In this document: positions 48,227 through 61,232 of the stretch, one piece after another
Layout of the letters: each line of letters starts with the position of its first letter
How positions within the stretch are numbered: position 1 is the first letter of the stretch
Assembly: GCF_001447785.1 (NCBI RefSeq)
Contig: NW_015167096.1
Span: 128,304 to 192,303, forward strand
Reading direction: 5' to 3'
From: Gekko japonicus
Taxonomy: Eukaryota
Length of the DNA: 64,000 nucleotides
The notes under the pieces: generated by a model
The model's database searches: none
What the model saw: the letters and a program-made list of their open reading frames with translations, nothing else
What the model was told of the DNA's origin: nothing
Position numbers and translations under genes: made by a program

Positions 48227-49439
48227 ACAAAGAGGCAAGGCAGGGGAGGGAGAAGGTATACATGGCTTAAACTTCCCTCAGCCACATGTTCCATTTCTGT
48301 ATGTGGCTTCTCCATGCTAATGTCTAATTTGACTGTTAATCTGCCAACTCTTTCAGCATCTTGTGTAGGACAGTTGCCATTTTGCTACAGAAAACCTTCT
48401 CCAATTGGTGACTGTATAAGTGAAGAAATATGTTTTTCCCTCCCAGATAAAGTTAGACATTTTGGAGTCAATGTCTTCTCTTTCTGTTATCTGAACATTG
48501 TTGTTAAGACACCATACAGCCCCACTCATTCTAAACCCTGCTAGAGGGCAAAAATATATTTATGGCATACTTTAAATAAAACATATTATGTGTTCGTACG
48601 AACATATGTATCATTGTCCCTGTAGCTGAAGCAGATATAATTTCTGACAAGGTGTGCTCTTGGCCTCATGAAGAATTCATGACTTGGCACTGCATAAGAA
48701 TGAAGGAGCTACTTTTGATGTTGGTTTATACCATAATAAATACTCATTTTGCTGTCCCAGAAACTGGGAGAGAGAGAAAAAATCCTTCCTGATTGTGTGA
48801 CTGTTTTGGGCAAACACTATAGATGTGAAGAGAGCTCCCCCGCCCTTTAAGTAAGCATCAGGGGACTGAGATAGAGAAACATGTCCAGCCAACTCTCCCA
48901 TCAAATTCAGTTGGATGTTTCAGTGCAAATCTGACATGAATTTTCTCTCAGGCTACTGGCAGGCCAGGTCAATAAATACGTGTCTTGAGTTATGGTAGTT
49001 GAGCTCTCTCTAGGAAAAAAAATATCCATATTAATGTCCCAATGTCAGCTTAACTCCTGGATGAACTGTTGTCCACTAGGACTGTTTTTTGGAGGGAAAA
49101 TCCAACTGTAACAAGAAGTTGAATTCTCTGTTGCCATTTCAGGTCTTTGGTGATTTTGTTTTCATATACATGTCTGTCCCACCTTGTCCCGTGCCCAGGG
49201 TTGTCTACAACAATCAGCAATCAACAATTAAGATGACAAAACAAAACACCACTCTATTAAAGGAGTGCCCTCAAAGGGCCAAGCTACATATTAGGTTTTG
49301 TCATGAGTCCAGTCAGTGCCCAGACTGACCCACATTCCCTGCAGCTGAGATCTTTCAATGGTGAAAAGGATTCCTTTTTTTAGAAAAGGAAGGTTCAGAG
49401 AGTCAAGTTCCTTGCCTCCTCTCATATCACTTCCCCAAG

Positions 49440-49756
49440 TAGGGTTGCCAAATCTCCCTTACCTTCTCGGCGGGGGATCCCTGGCCATCTCCTGGTGCGC
49501 ACGCGTGCAAAGCGCGCGTGCCACATCTACATCACCCAGATGTGACGTCACATGCTGGGGTGAGGCCACAGACATTTGAGGGGAAAACTCTATGTTGCCC
49601 CCCAAATGGCGTGGCCCCCCGCCCCAGCGTGTGACGTCACATCCGGGTGACGTGCACGCAGGGGTGGGGTTTCCCCTGGGCCCCGATTCCGCGGGGGCCG
49701 AAATTGGGGCTCGAAAGCGGGGGGAAATCTGCCCCCGGGGGCATTTGGCAACCCTA
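49440..49756. mobile_element. hAT Blackjack-like CpG-rich MITE
   Basis: tagggttgccaaat / atttggcaacccta; perfect TSD tccccaag; two GTGACGTCAC palindromes. Confidence 0.95.
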
Positions 49757-49970
49757 TCCCCAAGCAAGAATAGCCCCAAGGAAGGCCTTTTTTGCCCCCT
49801 TTTGGAGCGTAGACTACAGAACATCTCTTAAAAGGCTGTGTGAAAAAGAATCATTTCCAGAACTTCTGCCCTCAAAGGTGCCTAGTGGGTTTCCTTCAGA
49901 TATCTATTCCAAAACAACAGGTGTCTCCACTAAGGGCACCACTTGACCTGGCTAATAAAATACACACGAG

Positions 49971-50239
49971 AGCCAGTTTGGTGTAGTGGTTAAGTGTGCG
50001 GACTCTAATCTGGGTTTGATTCCCCACTCCTCCACTTGCACCTGCTGATGTGACCTTGGGTCAGTCACAAGCTCTGGCACAGCTGTTCCTAAACGAGCAG
50101 TTTATGTCAGAGTTCTCTCAGCTCCACCTACCTCACAGGGTGTCTGTTGTGGGGAGGGGAAGGGAAAGGAGTTTGTAAGCCGCTCTGAGACTCTGAGGGA
50201 AGGGCGGGGTAGAAATCCAATCTCTTCTTCTTCTTCTTC
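49971..50239 (+). mobile_element. Squam3-type SINE
   Basis: Full-length homologue of 18518 with a (CTT)n tail. Confidence 0.92.
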
Positions 50240-51250
50240 TACCATGTAAATAGAGGGCATGCTGAATGGGCCCGGCTGAATGGGCAGGTGGGTGCTTGGC
50301 AAAACCAAGGTGGGGATGCATATGGTTAGTGCCACATTCAATCTAGATTTTTTTTTTCCCAACCATTCTCCAATGATCATGAGGAGGTGGACATGGTTCT
50401 CCCATCTTCATTACATTCACCACAACAAACGTTTGAGGAAGCTCAGAGAGAGAGAGTGACTGGTCCAAGGTCACCCAGTGAGCCTTCATGGTGAGCAATT
50501 TGGCTGTGGTTGAGTGCTGGAAATAGGGAATTTTCAGTACCAGTTGGGTGGCCTCTTAAGGTGCATTAAGATACACTAGTTGCTGTTCAGCTTTTAGAAT
50601 GGAATATTAAAAAAACCTCCTGTGCCTTTATGTGGATCTATCTGTTATTTTGACATTATTTTAAGATCTAGAAAAATATATACAAGTAGAAGGCAGCTGG
50701 GACTGAGATGTGGTGCATTAAGCCTGAAGCTAAATGCTGAATCTAACTTTGCCATTTGCCACACACCCTTCCATTGAACAGTGATGCTCTGGAACATAAC
50801 ATTGTCTCTTTCTTCCTGCTTCACTATTATCTCAGAATTCACTCAGTCACATCTTGAATGCCTCCTGTGCATTTAGTGGAACAGCAATGAGGAACATACC
50901 TCCTGTTTTGATGGTCTAAAATAGCATGTAAATAAATAGCTAATAGTGTCTGTTAGTCTCTTGCCTTGAAAACCCTGTGGTTTTCATAAATTGGCTGTGA
51001 CTTGATAGCACTAACACACACAATGGTGTCACCCCACTAGGTGCTAAACTGGTAATGCATAGAGGATTGTGGTTGATTTACACCTCCTAGAATTGCCTGA
51101 CATAGTACAAGTCCATGAACACACAATGATCTAAGGCACAGCAGTCATATTAACATGGTACTGATCTCATGTTGTGGCTTAGAAGCCTGGAGACATCGAT
51201 GCTTTCCTTAACATTCATCCGTCGCACAAACAAGGTGTTCTTAGAAATGG

Positions 51251-51453
51251 CAATCGATCAAGATGGGTAGCTGTGTTAATCTGTCTGTAGCAGTAGAAAA
51301 GAGCAAGAGTTCAGTAGCATCTTAAAGACTAACACAATTTGTGACCGGGCATGAGCTTTATTTTTTCAGATCTGAAGAAGTGAGCAGTGACTCAAGAAAG
51401 TTCATACCCGGCCACAAATTTTGTTAGTCTTTAAGGTGCTACTGGACTCTTGC
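51251..51453. mobile_element. Fold-back Penelope-like pLTR insertion with a degenerate hammerhead
   Basis: Inverted arms centred on ttcagatctgaa (51365-51376); CTGAAGA (51372-51378), gtgag..ctca stem, GAAAG TTC; 12-bp TSD tcttagaaatgg (51239-51250, 51454-51465). Confidence 0.85.
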
Positions 51454-54197
51454 TCTTAGAAATGGTGATAAGTCTCAGCAATAAATCACTTAATGGTTTC
51501 TTTGAAATCAGGAAGAAAACAGGCAATCAGGTAACCTATCAGTGAACTCTGTTATACAACATGTTCTGGGCTTTCCGGAGTGACAGCCAGTTGCTATCAG
51601 AAAGAGAACAGCAAACTTTAATGACTCCATTCTGGGCAGCAAAATGGGGTCACTGTCAGGCAAGGAAGGGTTTTGTGCCCTCCCCAAATATGGAAAGGAA
51701 TATTAGTTTCTAAATTTAATTACCTTCTTGAAAGACTCTCGTGAGAATTGAGCATGATGCTAGGCCTTCATGAAGCATTGAATGCTGAGGGTAGCTGAAG
51801 AAGAAAAATGAATTTGTTCAAGTCACAGTTTATGAGATTTGAGCATCCCCCCCCCCCCGGGTATACAGAAACACCTAGCTTGTCTGAAGGGTTTTCCACA
51901 TGTTCAACTTACTCCTGATTTTCTTGTCAGTTGATCCACAAGTACTGGAATTGTTTTGGGCATGGTTCTTCCACACATCTGCCCACCCTCTGCATTTTCA
52001 CAGCTGTGAAATCAGGGTGTTTTTTTCTGCACTCACTTAAATAATCAGAATTTTCAAGGGAGGGTGTTGCCATCATTGGTGGCATCACAACCCCCCCCTT
52101 TAGTTTTTGTGCATGTTTATATCAATATATTGATACCATGGGTGCACTTTTTTAAAATAAAAGGCACTGTACTGATATATCAATCTACTGCTATAATGAT
52201 AGCTGTTGTGGAGATATGTCGTTTTCTTTATATCTCCATGAGGGAGGAGGCTGGAGACTTACTTAAAAAAAATGAAAGATGGGAATTAAGAGAACCTGCT
52301 TGACCTATCATTATAGTATATCAATATTGTAGTGCCCTAAAAACAAAATACTTGTCTTCGATATTTTTGTTGGGGGGGGGGGGGGCTTGACAACAAAAGT
52401 CCAATAATCTAAAAGTGGCCTGGAGATAGACAGCAGTGTGTGGGACAAAGAAACCTGATAGAAACATTACACACAAGGAAGAAGGTGACTCAAAGGGCGA
52501 TTCTGCATCTAGCATTCGCTCCACATTTTCTCAACTGGGAGAAAAAGGTGCAGCTCAATACCACATTCAGGTATCTTGGGGCAATGCTGTATTGATTGTA
52601 AAGTCACCCCTGAATAGCCATAAATCTATGCAGAAGGTACGATAAAATCCGATGATCAAAGAAAGTGAAAGCAGCATGCAATGCAGAGGGGAACTTCTGT
52701 TCCAATGTGGGTTTCGTAAAACAATGGAGAGAAAAGCCAATGCAGAATCACCCAAAATCAGCTTCCAGAAAAAGATCTGAACAAAAGTGGTCTTAAAAAA
52801 AAAAAACCCAGGAAAAAATGGAGGGGAAAACATAAACAGAAGTGAAAAACAAAGTCACAAAAATGTGTGTGGAAATCAGGGGATAAACTGAAGCAGTATG
52901 GGGCCAGAATGATCTCATGAGAGTAGACCTAAAACCGGTAAAACTAGTTGCAGCTTAAACATATCCTGAATTCCCCTAGTGACTACTACAGCTCCAAAGA
53001 TAATTGTATGAATCAGCACTGACATCGGTGTTATACTCTTTTATCACACAGGCCTGAACGCATACCTGACGGGCAGCTGTCTGTGCCACTGACGGGAATA
53101 CGGTAGTACATGCTTGTTACAGTGTTCTTCCAGGACGGTTGAACTGGCTGGAAACAACCTTTCGGTGCTCATAATGGTGGGTATCTCTCTTCAGATCCAT
53201 TTGTTCACAGCTAGTTGTGCACACCAAAAGCTGAGTCAGGGCAATTGTTACCCAGAAAGTGGAATTTGGCAACGACAATACAGCTGGCTCCATTTCTGTA
53301 ACATTAAACACACACACACACACAAAACACTGCCACAGTATTTCATAATGAAGATGTGTCTCTTTTATTAGCATAACTGGCTCTTTGATTTGTTTCAGGT
53401 TTTATGATGTTTAGACAAACGGATTTGGACAGTTAAAATCCCACTTAGGCTTGATACATTGTATCTGCCTGACACACAATAACATTGATTTATTAAGATG
53501 TGATGAATCTCTAATTAGATTTTGGCATGAGCGTCGCAGTCAGGAAAAGTTCCTGTAAGTGCTCCATTGGAAGGTACTGTGTTATGAAGGCCAATTTTAA
53601 TTAAGCAGTGCCCCCTCCAAAGGGCTGTAAGCAGAGGGCACTTGGGCCTCCCCCATTGCCCTGTGGCACAGCAGACTTCTCAAGCATACTTTTCCATAGC
53701 ATGATTTATAGGACATCTTTAAGAAGAAGTCATTGTAACTTGCCCGAAAACTGTAAGGTGGATACCTGATCACAAGAACACATCAGCAGGCTTTTTAGTG
53801 GGTAAATGGATGCTGTTGCAGAAGAGTAGAGCTTCAGGCTGAAAAATGAGCTTATGATTGCTCCCTCGCCTTAAGTGTTCTGTAAATTTCTACTTTTATG
53901 ACCCTCTTATTGTAAAAGCCGAATAAAGGAGACCATTAAATAAATAGAAAGAACTTGTTTTCAATCAAGTGTAACTGAAGCCGATTTCAGTGCAGATCCA
54001 GAACTGAAATGAATGGATTTGAGATGATTTTGAATTTTTCATCCCTGCTGTTTCAAGCTGAAGGGAGGAGGGAAATCAGCTTTGCTTTTTGCTCGTGCAA
54101 ACTGGATACGTTATTCTTTAGTTTCGCACCACTTTTTGTTTCCTCGTATCAAATGTTCTTATAAAATGTATGCATTTTTCAGCTTTTTGCATCCAGA

Positions 54198-54400
54198 TTG
54201 GATGACCCAGGCTAACCCAATCTCATCAGATCTTGGAAACTAAGCCAGGTCAGTCCTAGTTTATACTTGGATGGGAGACCACCAGGGAAGTCCAGGGTCA
54301 CTATCCTGAGGCAGAGAATGGCAATGTATCTCTGGTAGCTTGTCTTGAAAACCCTACAGGGTCACCATAAGTTGGTGGCAACTTGGCAGCACTTTCCACC
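54198..54400 (+). mobile_element. 5S-derived SINE
   Basis: aatctcatcagatcttggaaactaagc...tacttggatgggagaccacc. Confidence 0.8.
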
Positions 54401-54515
54401 AATCAGTATTATTCATTATATTATGAGTTGGGTTCTATCAGCTTTTCTGCTTGTTCTCACCCAAGATCTCACTTGATCTTCTTTTTCTCCTCCTCCTTCC
54501 TCCTTCCTTCTTTTT

Positions 54516-54722
54516 GCTGTCAGGTTGCAGCTGACTTATGGTGACCCTGTAGGGTTTTCAAGGCGAGAGATATTCAGAGGTGGTTTGCCATTGCCTGCCT
54601 CTGCGTAGACTGACCCCGGTGCTCCTCAGTGGTCTCCCATCCAAATACTGACAAGGGTAGAACCTGCTTAGCTTCTGAGACCTGATGATATCAGGCTAGC
54701 CTGGGCAACCCAGGGCAGGGTC
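54516..54722 (-). mobile_element. 5S-derived SINE
   Basis: gtggtctcccatccaaatact...cctgcttagcttctgaga. Confidence 0.85.
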
Positions 54723-55666
54723 AACTTTCCCATGATGATGATAGGTGAGTGTTTGCCTTCTCCAACTGAAAGAGGAACAGAACAGATACAGGGAAATGAA
54801 CATGTGAGTCTTCACCAAATCTTACGAATTATCAAGGCATTCACAGGACACCAGAGGTCTCAAGAGATTCTAGCAGTGGGACCCAAATGTTTTCGTTTCC
54901 CAACACTGAAGTGCGGAGCTGGTGGCCTGCTCTTTGCTATAGTTCAGTGCCATCATTGTGGATGGCCACAAGGCAGTACTGCAACTCATGGAATGCCATG
55001 AAGGTGGTCCACTGGAATTCAGAGGCAGCAGAACTGGGAGTGGCTCCCTGAGGCTGTTCTTGGCCCTTTATAGCACAGAAAACATGGTGATGGCATTTGG
55101 TCACCAGAGCCTTTAGGTCAAGACCCATGTCACCTCACATTCTCTACAGGAAGGCCTCTGTGCAAGAAACAACTTGCTGAAGTTGAATGGCTTGTGCCAC
55201 CATGAAGGTTGTATGCTCTGCAAACAGAGGTTGAATAAGCCATAAGTAAAGCTTTAAAAGGAGCGAAGGACAGCTGAAATCTTGCACAAGGAGTGCCCTG
55301 TCGGTGAAGCAGCTGTCACTGTTGGAGAGGAGATGTTGCTGCAACTGTTGTGCTATTTCCCAAAGTAACATTGCCAGCTCCTGAAAGGAGCCTAACAAGC
55401 ATGCTTCTCAAGGGAGCATGGGGGATGGCAGAGTGAAATTCTGCATGCCAGGGTTTTCCCCCACAGATGATGAAAACATGGATGAAAAATTAAGTGACAG
55501 GGTTGTGCTGGTTTTCAGGTCAGAATGGTAGGCTAGGCATCTTTTACTCCAAGTCCTTAGATTGTGCAAACTTTCACCTTTTAAAAAAATGCTTTGGAAG
55601 TGCTGCTGTTTCCACTCCCTTGATTTCTGCTTTCTGCTCAAGAATGGGTAGGATGATGTCATGCTA

Positions 55667-56046
55667 TCTATATATCTAATAGCCAAGTTGCCCCCTGAGT
55701 GCAGATCGCTAAATCAGCGTTCCGGGGGCACTTGGGGGGGAGGGGGAGGTTTGTGCACACGTGGGCCAGTCCCCACGTGTGCACAAAAATCGNNNNNNNN
55801 NNNNNNNNNNNNNNNNNNNNNNNNNNNNNNNNNNNNNNNNNNNNNNNNNNNNNNNNNNNNNNNNNNNNNNNNNGGAGGACCGGCCTCGCCGCCGCCGCTG
55901 TAGAGCCTGGCCGGGTCGGAGCCGGGCGGGGTGGGGGGTGGAGGACCAGTCTCGCTGCCGCCGCCACAGCCTCGGGGAGATTGAGGGGGGGATGGAGGAG
56001 ATGGAGCTCTTCTCCCCCCCCACGAGTATCGCGGGTCCCCCTCTTG
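55667..56046 (+). mobile_element. Non-autonomous Helitron-like element (spans the gap at 55793-55873)
   Basis: Begins A|TCTATATATCTAATA; subterminal hairpin cccacga-gta-tcgcggg (56019-56035); ends CTTG|T (variant of CTAG); no TSD. Confidence 0.55.
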
Positions 56047-56993
56047 TTCTCTTGTTATGTCTAATACTGATCACACTGTTGATAGTCTGTAAATAAAATC
56101 ACAACCAATCCCATTGGACTGTGTGATAATGTTAATGTAGGAGCAAAATTAGGGCAATTGAGAGCCACGACAAGAGATGGCAACCAAAAAAAAAAACACA
56201 GACTTGTGGGCAAGGGGTGTAAAAATGGGGAATGAAATATTAGTATTTTTAAATGCTGTGTAACTCTAGGTCGGTCCTTGGCTTTGATAACCTAGGGTGG
56301 CTGGAAGTCAAGCTGGTTCAGTGTACCAAGTATTGTGTTTGGCTTTGGGTTCAAATCCCCATCTCTCTAATAATTCTGTTTTCGGGTGGCAACATTCCAT
56401 GCACTTCCTCAGCCACTGGCCTGTCAGCCGCCACTCACGTGTCATTGGCCAGGTCTGCTCCTCTTCCCCGCCCACTCCCCCTTCAGCTACTGTGCCCTGT
56501 CAGAATTACTGGCAAATTACTTTCTCCCTTGATGAAGATGCTTTTCCTGCTTGCCTCCTGTGTGGGACTAACTTTCCCCTCAGTGGCTGTTGGTAGGTGT
56601 CACAAAATGGCAGTTACCTGTGTTTGTAAGATGGCTGTGGTTCTTTGTTTAAAATATTCCCCCATAAGGTTTAATTGAGCTGTAGTTCCAGAGAGGGGTC
56701 TGCAGGGATATCACTCACTGCGTTGAATGGGGCTTCCTTATTTGCTGGCCTACAGTTCCCATCTGCCCCAAAGCCAAAGAGTGTGGGAAAACAGGAACTG
56801 TCCCAAGGCAGTCTTCGTCCCTAGGAGGCAGCAGAAATTCAGCCACTCCACAGTCGGCTGGACTGGGGAATGAATGAAAGTTTCCCTGCTCTCTTGGGCA
56901 AGAGAGAGAGGCTGAAGTACAGCCAGAGGCCGGTCCAAGGAATGATCCTATCCTGAGCCCACAATCTTCAAAGGTAGAGAGTATTTTGTGTAG

Positions 56994-57471
56994 NNNNNNN
57001 NNNNNNNNNNNNNNNNNNNNNNNNNNNNNNNNNNNNNNNNNNNNNNNNNNNNNNNNNNNNNNNNNNNNNNNNNNNNNNNNNNNNNNNNNNNNNNNNNNNN
57101 NNNNNNNNNNNNNNNNNNNNNNNNNNNNNNNNNNNNNNNNNNNNNNNNNNNNNNNNNNNNNNNNNNNNNNNNNNNNNNNNNNNNNNNNNNNNNNNNNNNN
57201 NNNNNNNNNNNNNNNNNNNNNNNNNNNNNNNNNNNNNNNNNNNNNNNNNNNNNNNNNNNNNNNNNNNNNNNNNNNNNNNNNNNNNNNNNNNNNNNNNNNN
57301 NNNNNNNNNNNNNNNNNNNNNNNNNNNNNNNNNNNNNNNNNNNNNNNNNNNNNNNNNNNNNNNNNNNNNNNNNNNNNNNNNNNNNNNNNNNNNNNNNNNN
57401 NNNNNNNNNNNNNNNNNNNNNNNNNNNNNNNNNNNNNNNNNNNNNNNNNNNNNNNNNNNNNNNNNNNNNNN
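56994..57471. other. Assembly gap
   Basis: N run. Confidence 1.
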
Positions 57472-58386
57472 TTTTCTCCGGGGGGGGGGGAGAGGAGAGA
57501 TCTGTTGTCTGGAGTTCAGTTGTGATACCTGGTGATCTTCAGGCTCCACCTGGAGGTTGGCTGCCCTAGGCGTAGCATTCAGTGCTTCAGAGCAGGGTCT
57601 GCTAGATCCAGGGTCTTGCTATAGAAGCTGAGTGGGTGATTTTGGATCAGTCACAGCCTTTCAGCCTAACCTACCTCACAGGGTTGTTGTGCAAGTCAAA
57701 AGGGGGAGAGGAGAATGATGTAAACCACTTTGGTCCCCATTGCAGAGAAAGACTACTTTTCCTCATGGGAAACCATTGTTGCCAATCTCCAGGTGAAGGC
57801 CAGAGATCACTCAGAATTACAAGTGCTCTCCAGATGGCAGAGATCAGTTCCCCTGGAGAAAATGGTGGACTCTGTGGCAGTCAGTGCTTCAGAGCACGGA
57901 AAGTGGTGGACTCTGTGTCATTATACCCTGCTGAGGTCACCACAGCACATTGACACTGAGTGCCCAAGGCCTTTGCACTCTCCCAGAGCCTCTTTCTAGA
58001 GCTCATTGTATTTATTTCCACAACGAGCCTTATTCCTAGTTAGCCATAAAGCTCACTGGCTTGCTTTGAACATCATCATCTCCAAGCTTAAGATATCACA
58101 TTTGTCATTATATGCTTAACTATACAAGGCATTTTACCATTCCATTTATCTTCAAAACAACCCTGGGAAGTAAATCAGGCTGTTATTAATGTTATTCTAG
58201 CCATGTATTTATTATTGATTTATACCCTGCCTTTTTTTAACCAATGGGAACACAATGAGGCTTATAACTTTCTTCTATCCTTTTTATCCTTGCGACTTCA
58301 ACTCTGTGAAGTAGGTTAGGCTAAGAAAGAGTGATTGGCCCAAGGTCACCCAGCAATCTTCCAAAGAAGAGCAAGGATATGAACTC

Positions 58387-58875
58387 AATAGAGAGCATTT
58401 TAACATACTGTGTCTGTGTCTGGTTTGCCAGTTGTACGGCTGTGGAGAGGAAAGCACTCCAGAGAGTTATCATCACAGCCCAGAAGATTATTGGCTGTCC
58501 TCTCCCACTCATGGAGGAATTGTATAGTTCTCGATGCTTGAAAAAAGCAAAGAACATTTTGCAGGATTTGTCACACCCTGAACACTCCCTGTTTGAACTG
58601 CTGCCTTCGGGTAGAAGATATAGGACAATAAAAACAAGGACAAACAGATTAAAAAACAGTTTTTATTCGAGAGCTATTATTGCTTTAAATGCTGTATGAA
58701 TTGGAATTTGGTGGTTTTGTTGACATTGGTGGTTAAGTTGCAATGTGAACCCTAATGGTTGTGTGAGTGTATATGAGTATGGTTGTATGAGTGTATATGA
58801 GTATGCTTGTAGATCACCGAATGATTGCACCTTAATTTCGTTGTACTATGTACAATGACAATAAAGTATATTACC
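58387..58875 (+). mobile_element. Rex1/Babar LINE 3' fragment inserted into an old SINE
   Basis: IESILTYC..VWF.SCT..ERKALQRV...AQKIIG..LP...SHP.H.LFELLPSGRRYR...TNRLKNSFY and the tail aatttcgttgtac..gtacaatgacaataaag. Confidence 0.92.
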
Positions 58876-59419
58876 TTACCAGATACCAGATACCCTAACC
58901 TCTCTATCATGCTCACTCACCAGCATAAGAAATACTATGAAAGTATGGACTGCAACATACAGATACAGTACTCATCAGTATGTTTTAATTTATGTATGTA
59001 AACATTTCCCTCCTTCCTTCTCTCCTCAGACTTAAGGAGGTGCATCAACTAGGACATAAACTATGATAGTCCAATGGAATGCACACCTTCTGGACATCCC
59101 CAGAAATGGAGTTCACAGAAATCCACAGTGGGTGATAAGAAGGATGTGGAAGGCAATGCTTGACACAGAAAAACCACAAAGAAAGACAGAACAGAAGGAA
59201 CGATTTTCATCCACGTCTACAGAAATGGCCATCATTTTTTTTAAAAAAATGTTGATCTATCTTCCAACAGACAGATGTGCTTTCAGGTTCACAGTACACC
59301 CGTGTTGTACTTTTGTTTCCCTGGGCATAACCCTTCAAAGTCAATCCTAAATGCATGAAGCTGTCCAGATCAGTATTGTCTATTCTGACTCTTGGACACT
59401 CTCAGTGGCACTTTTAAAA

Positions 59420-59487
59420 TCAGAGATACTAGGGGTTGAACCTGGGATCTTCTGCATGCAAAGTAGATGCTCCACCACTGAGCTACA
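59420..59487 (-). mobile_element. tRNA-derived SINE head (Squam2-like)
   Basis: ggggttgaacctgggatcttctgcatgcaaagtagatgctccaccactgagcta; similar at ~36670-36720 and ~9995-10045. Confidence 0.65.
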
Positions 59488-59640
59488 TTTCCTTCTCAAA
59501 TGTTGCTTTCTGTAAAATTTGACCATGGTTCTTGCTCAAACCCAATGAGAGTAAAGATTATGCTAGATATCCCCAGGGATATGTTCTAAATATTAATGCC
59601 TCAGAACAGAACTAAATTGATCCTCAGCTTGTTTATCTAG

Positions 59641-60179
59641 GGCTGCGGTCACACGGAACAGAAGCCACATAAGTGAGACGGAAAACAGGCGGAGTTTCCG
59701 GGTGCGATCTCACCAGCACATCTGGGAAGCGTAGCACTCCCGTAGCACAACTGAGGCTTCCAGCCGAAACTGCGTGGCAAAAAACTAGTACCTCGGAGGT
59801 ACTAGTTTCCGGAAACTGCGGGGCAAGGGCGGGCGTCTGATCGCGTTTCCGGTGGCATCCGGCGCCCGCCCATGTCCCCTTGCAAATACGGTGGGGTTTT
59901 TTTGTCCACGTCTCTGTGGATGCGCACACGCACCCAACAGAGCATGTGCATTCGTCGTGTACACACACACACACAAAAAAAAACAGTTTGCCGCGGCGCG
60001 CGCTTCTTCGTTGCGCACCGGCTTGTCCTGTGATCAGCACCTCTCCCTTGCCATGGAACCTCCACGGTACCTCCACAGGACCTCCACGGGAGGTCTGATC
60101 GAGTAACTGCGCAGTAGTTTGCCCCAGGGCAAACAGCCACGCTTCTCCCCCACAGTTTCCTGCCCGTGTGACCGGGGCC
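59641..60179. mobile_element. PIF/Harbinger-like MITE
   Basis: TIR ggctgcggtcacacgg / ccgtgtgaccggggcc; 3-bp TSD tag; homologous to 40334. Confidence 0.9.
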
Positions 60180-61029
60180 TAGGAAAACATCTCACCCCAG
60201 CCAAAATGATTGTATCATTATATTATATGTAGACTCTTTTCACAGTACTGATAGCTTCAGATGATTCATTGGTGATGTTAGGTTGGTGCTTAGGGAACAA
60301 AACATGGGAATGACCCTGAATTAGTTTTCATATCAACATCACACCACAAATAGTTGCAAGCTGAAAGCAGATGTGAATCCCAATCCAGATCTTCCAATCT
60401 TTAGAAGAAAAGAACCAAAGAGCCTTTCATTTAAATAGAGATGCTTATGAGATTTGTTTCTCCTGAATTTCTTCCTCCAAATTGTCTTCTGAAGGTCAAC
60501 TGATCATCACTGATGTATTATTTATCTGCCATTATTTAGCCTTGGGTTTCTGGACTTCAAAAAGAAGTGTGCCTTTCTATTCCTTTATGCCATTTCCCTT
60601 TTCTCTTTAAAATCATATGCAAAAGCTGCAAGTCAGTGGACTCCTGCCACATGTCAGGAACTTCAGGTGGGTCATGGAGCCTTACCTACTAGGTCTCAGG
60701 CCACTGTTAGAGCCACCAGTTTGATGACTCTTTGGAAAGACCTACTGCTAAGGTGCAGGTGCAAGGCCAAGGGCACCATACCCCCATCCTTGTTTTCATG
60801 TGCATTGAGAAGAATCAGCAGGGCAGTGAGGTGAGGTCTTTCAATTGTGAGAAGGATTCCCTTTTTAAAAAAAAGATCAGGTAGGTTCAGAGAGTCTGGC
60901 TCCTCTTCCTGCCATCATATGATTTTGATGTCAACCAGTAACAGCTCAATGGGTCCTTCTTTCCAACTTGGGGGATAAAGTTAGGAGGAACCAGAGCTGG
61001 AATGGTTGAATGTCTGTAGTGTTAGAAAC

Positions 61030-61232
61030 TGCCATCAAAGTGCAGCCAACCAATGGTGATCCTCAGGGTTTAAAGGCATGAGATGTTCAGAGTTGGTTCA
61101 CCATTGCCTGCCTTCATGTAGTGACCCTGGACTTCCTTGTTGGCCTCCCATCCAAATAATAACCAGGGCGGGCCCTACTTAGCTTCTGAGATCTGACAAG
61201 ATAAGGCTAACCTGGACCATCCAGGTCAGGGC
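61030..61232 (-). mobile_element. 5S-derived SINE
   Basis: ctcccatccaaataataaccaggg...cttagcttctgagatctgacaagat. Confidence 0.8.

Noticed and set aside
49971-50030. tRNA-like sequences as tRNA genes
   Set aside because: They are heads of dispersed SINEs with body and tail attached
51889-52877. Possible old Harbinger-like element (gggttttccaca ... tgtggaaatc)
   Set aside because: TIR match is too weak and there is no TSD to fix the boundaries
58331-58699. 122-aa ORF as a host gene
   Set aside because: Chimera of antisense SINE sequence and a 5'-truncated Rex1 RT C-terminus
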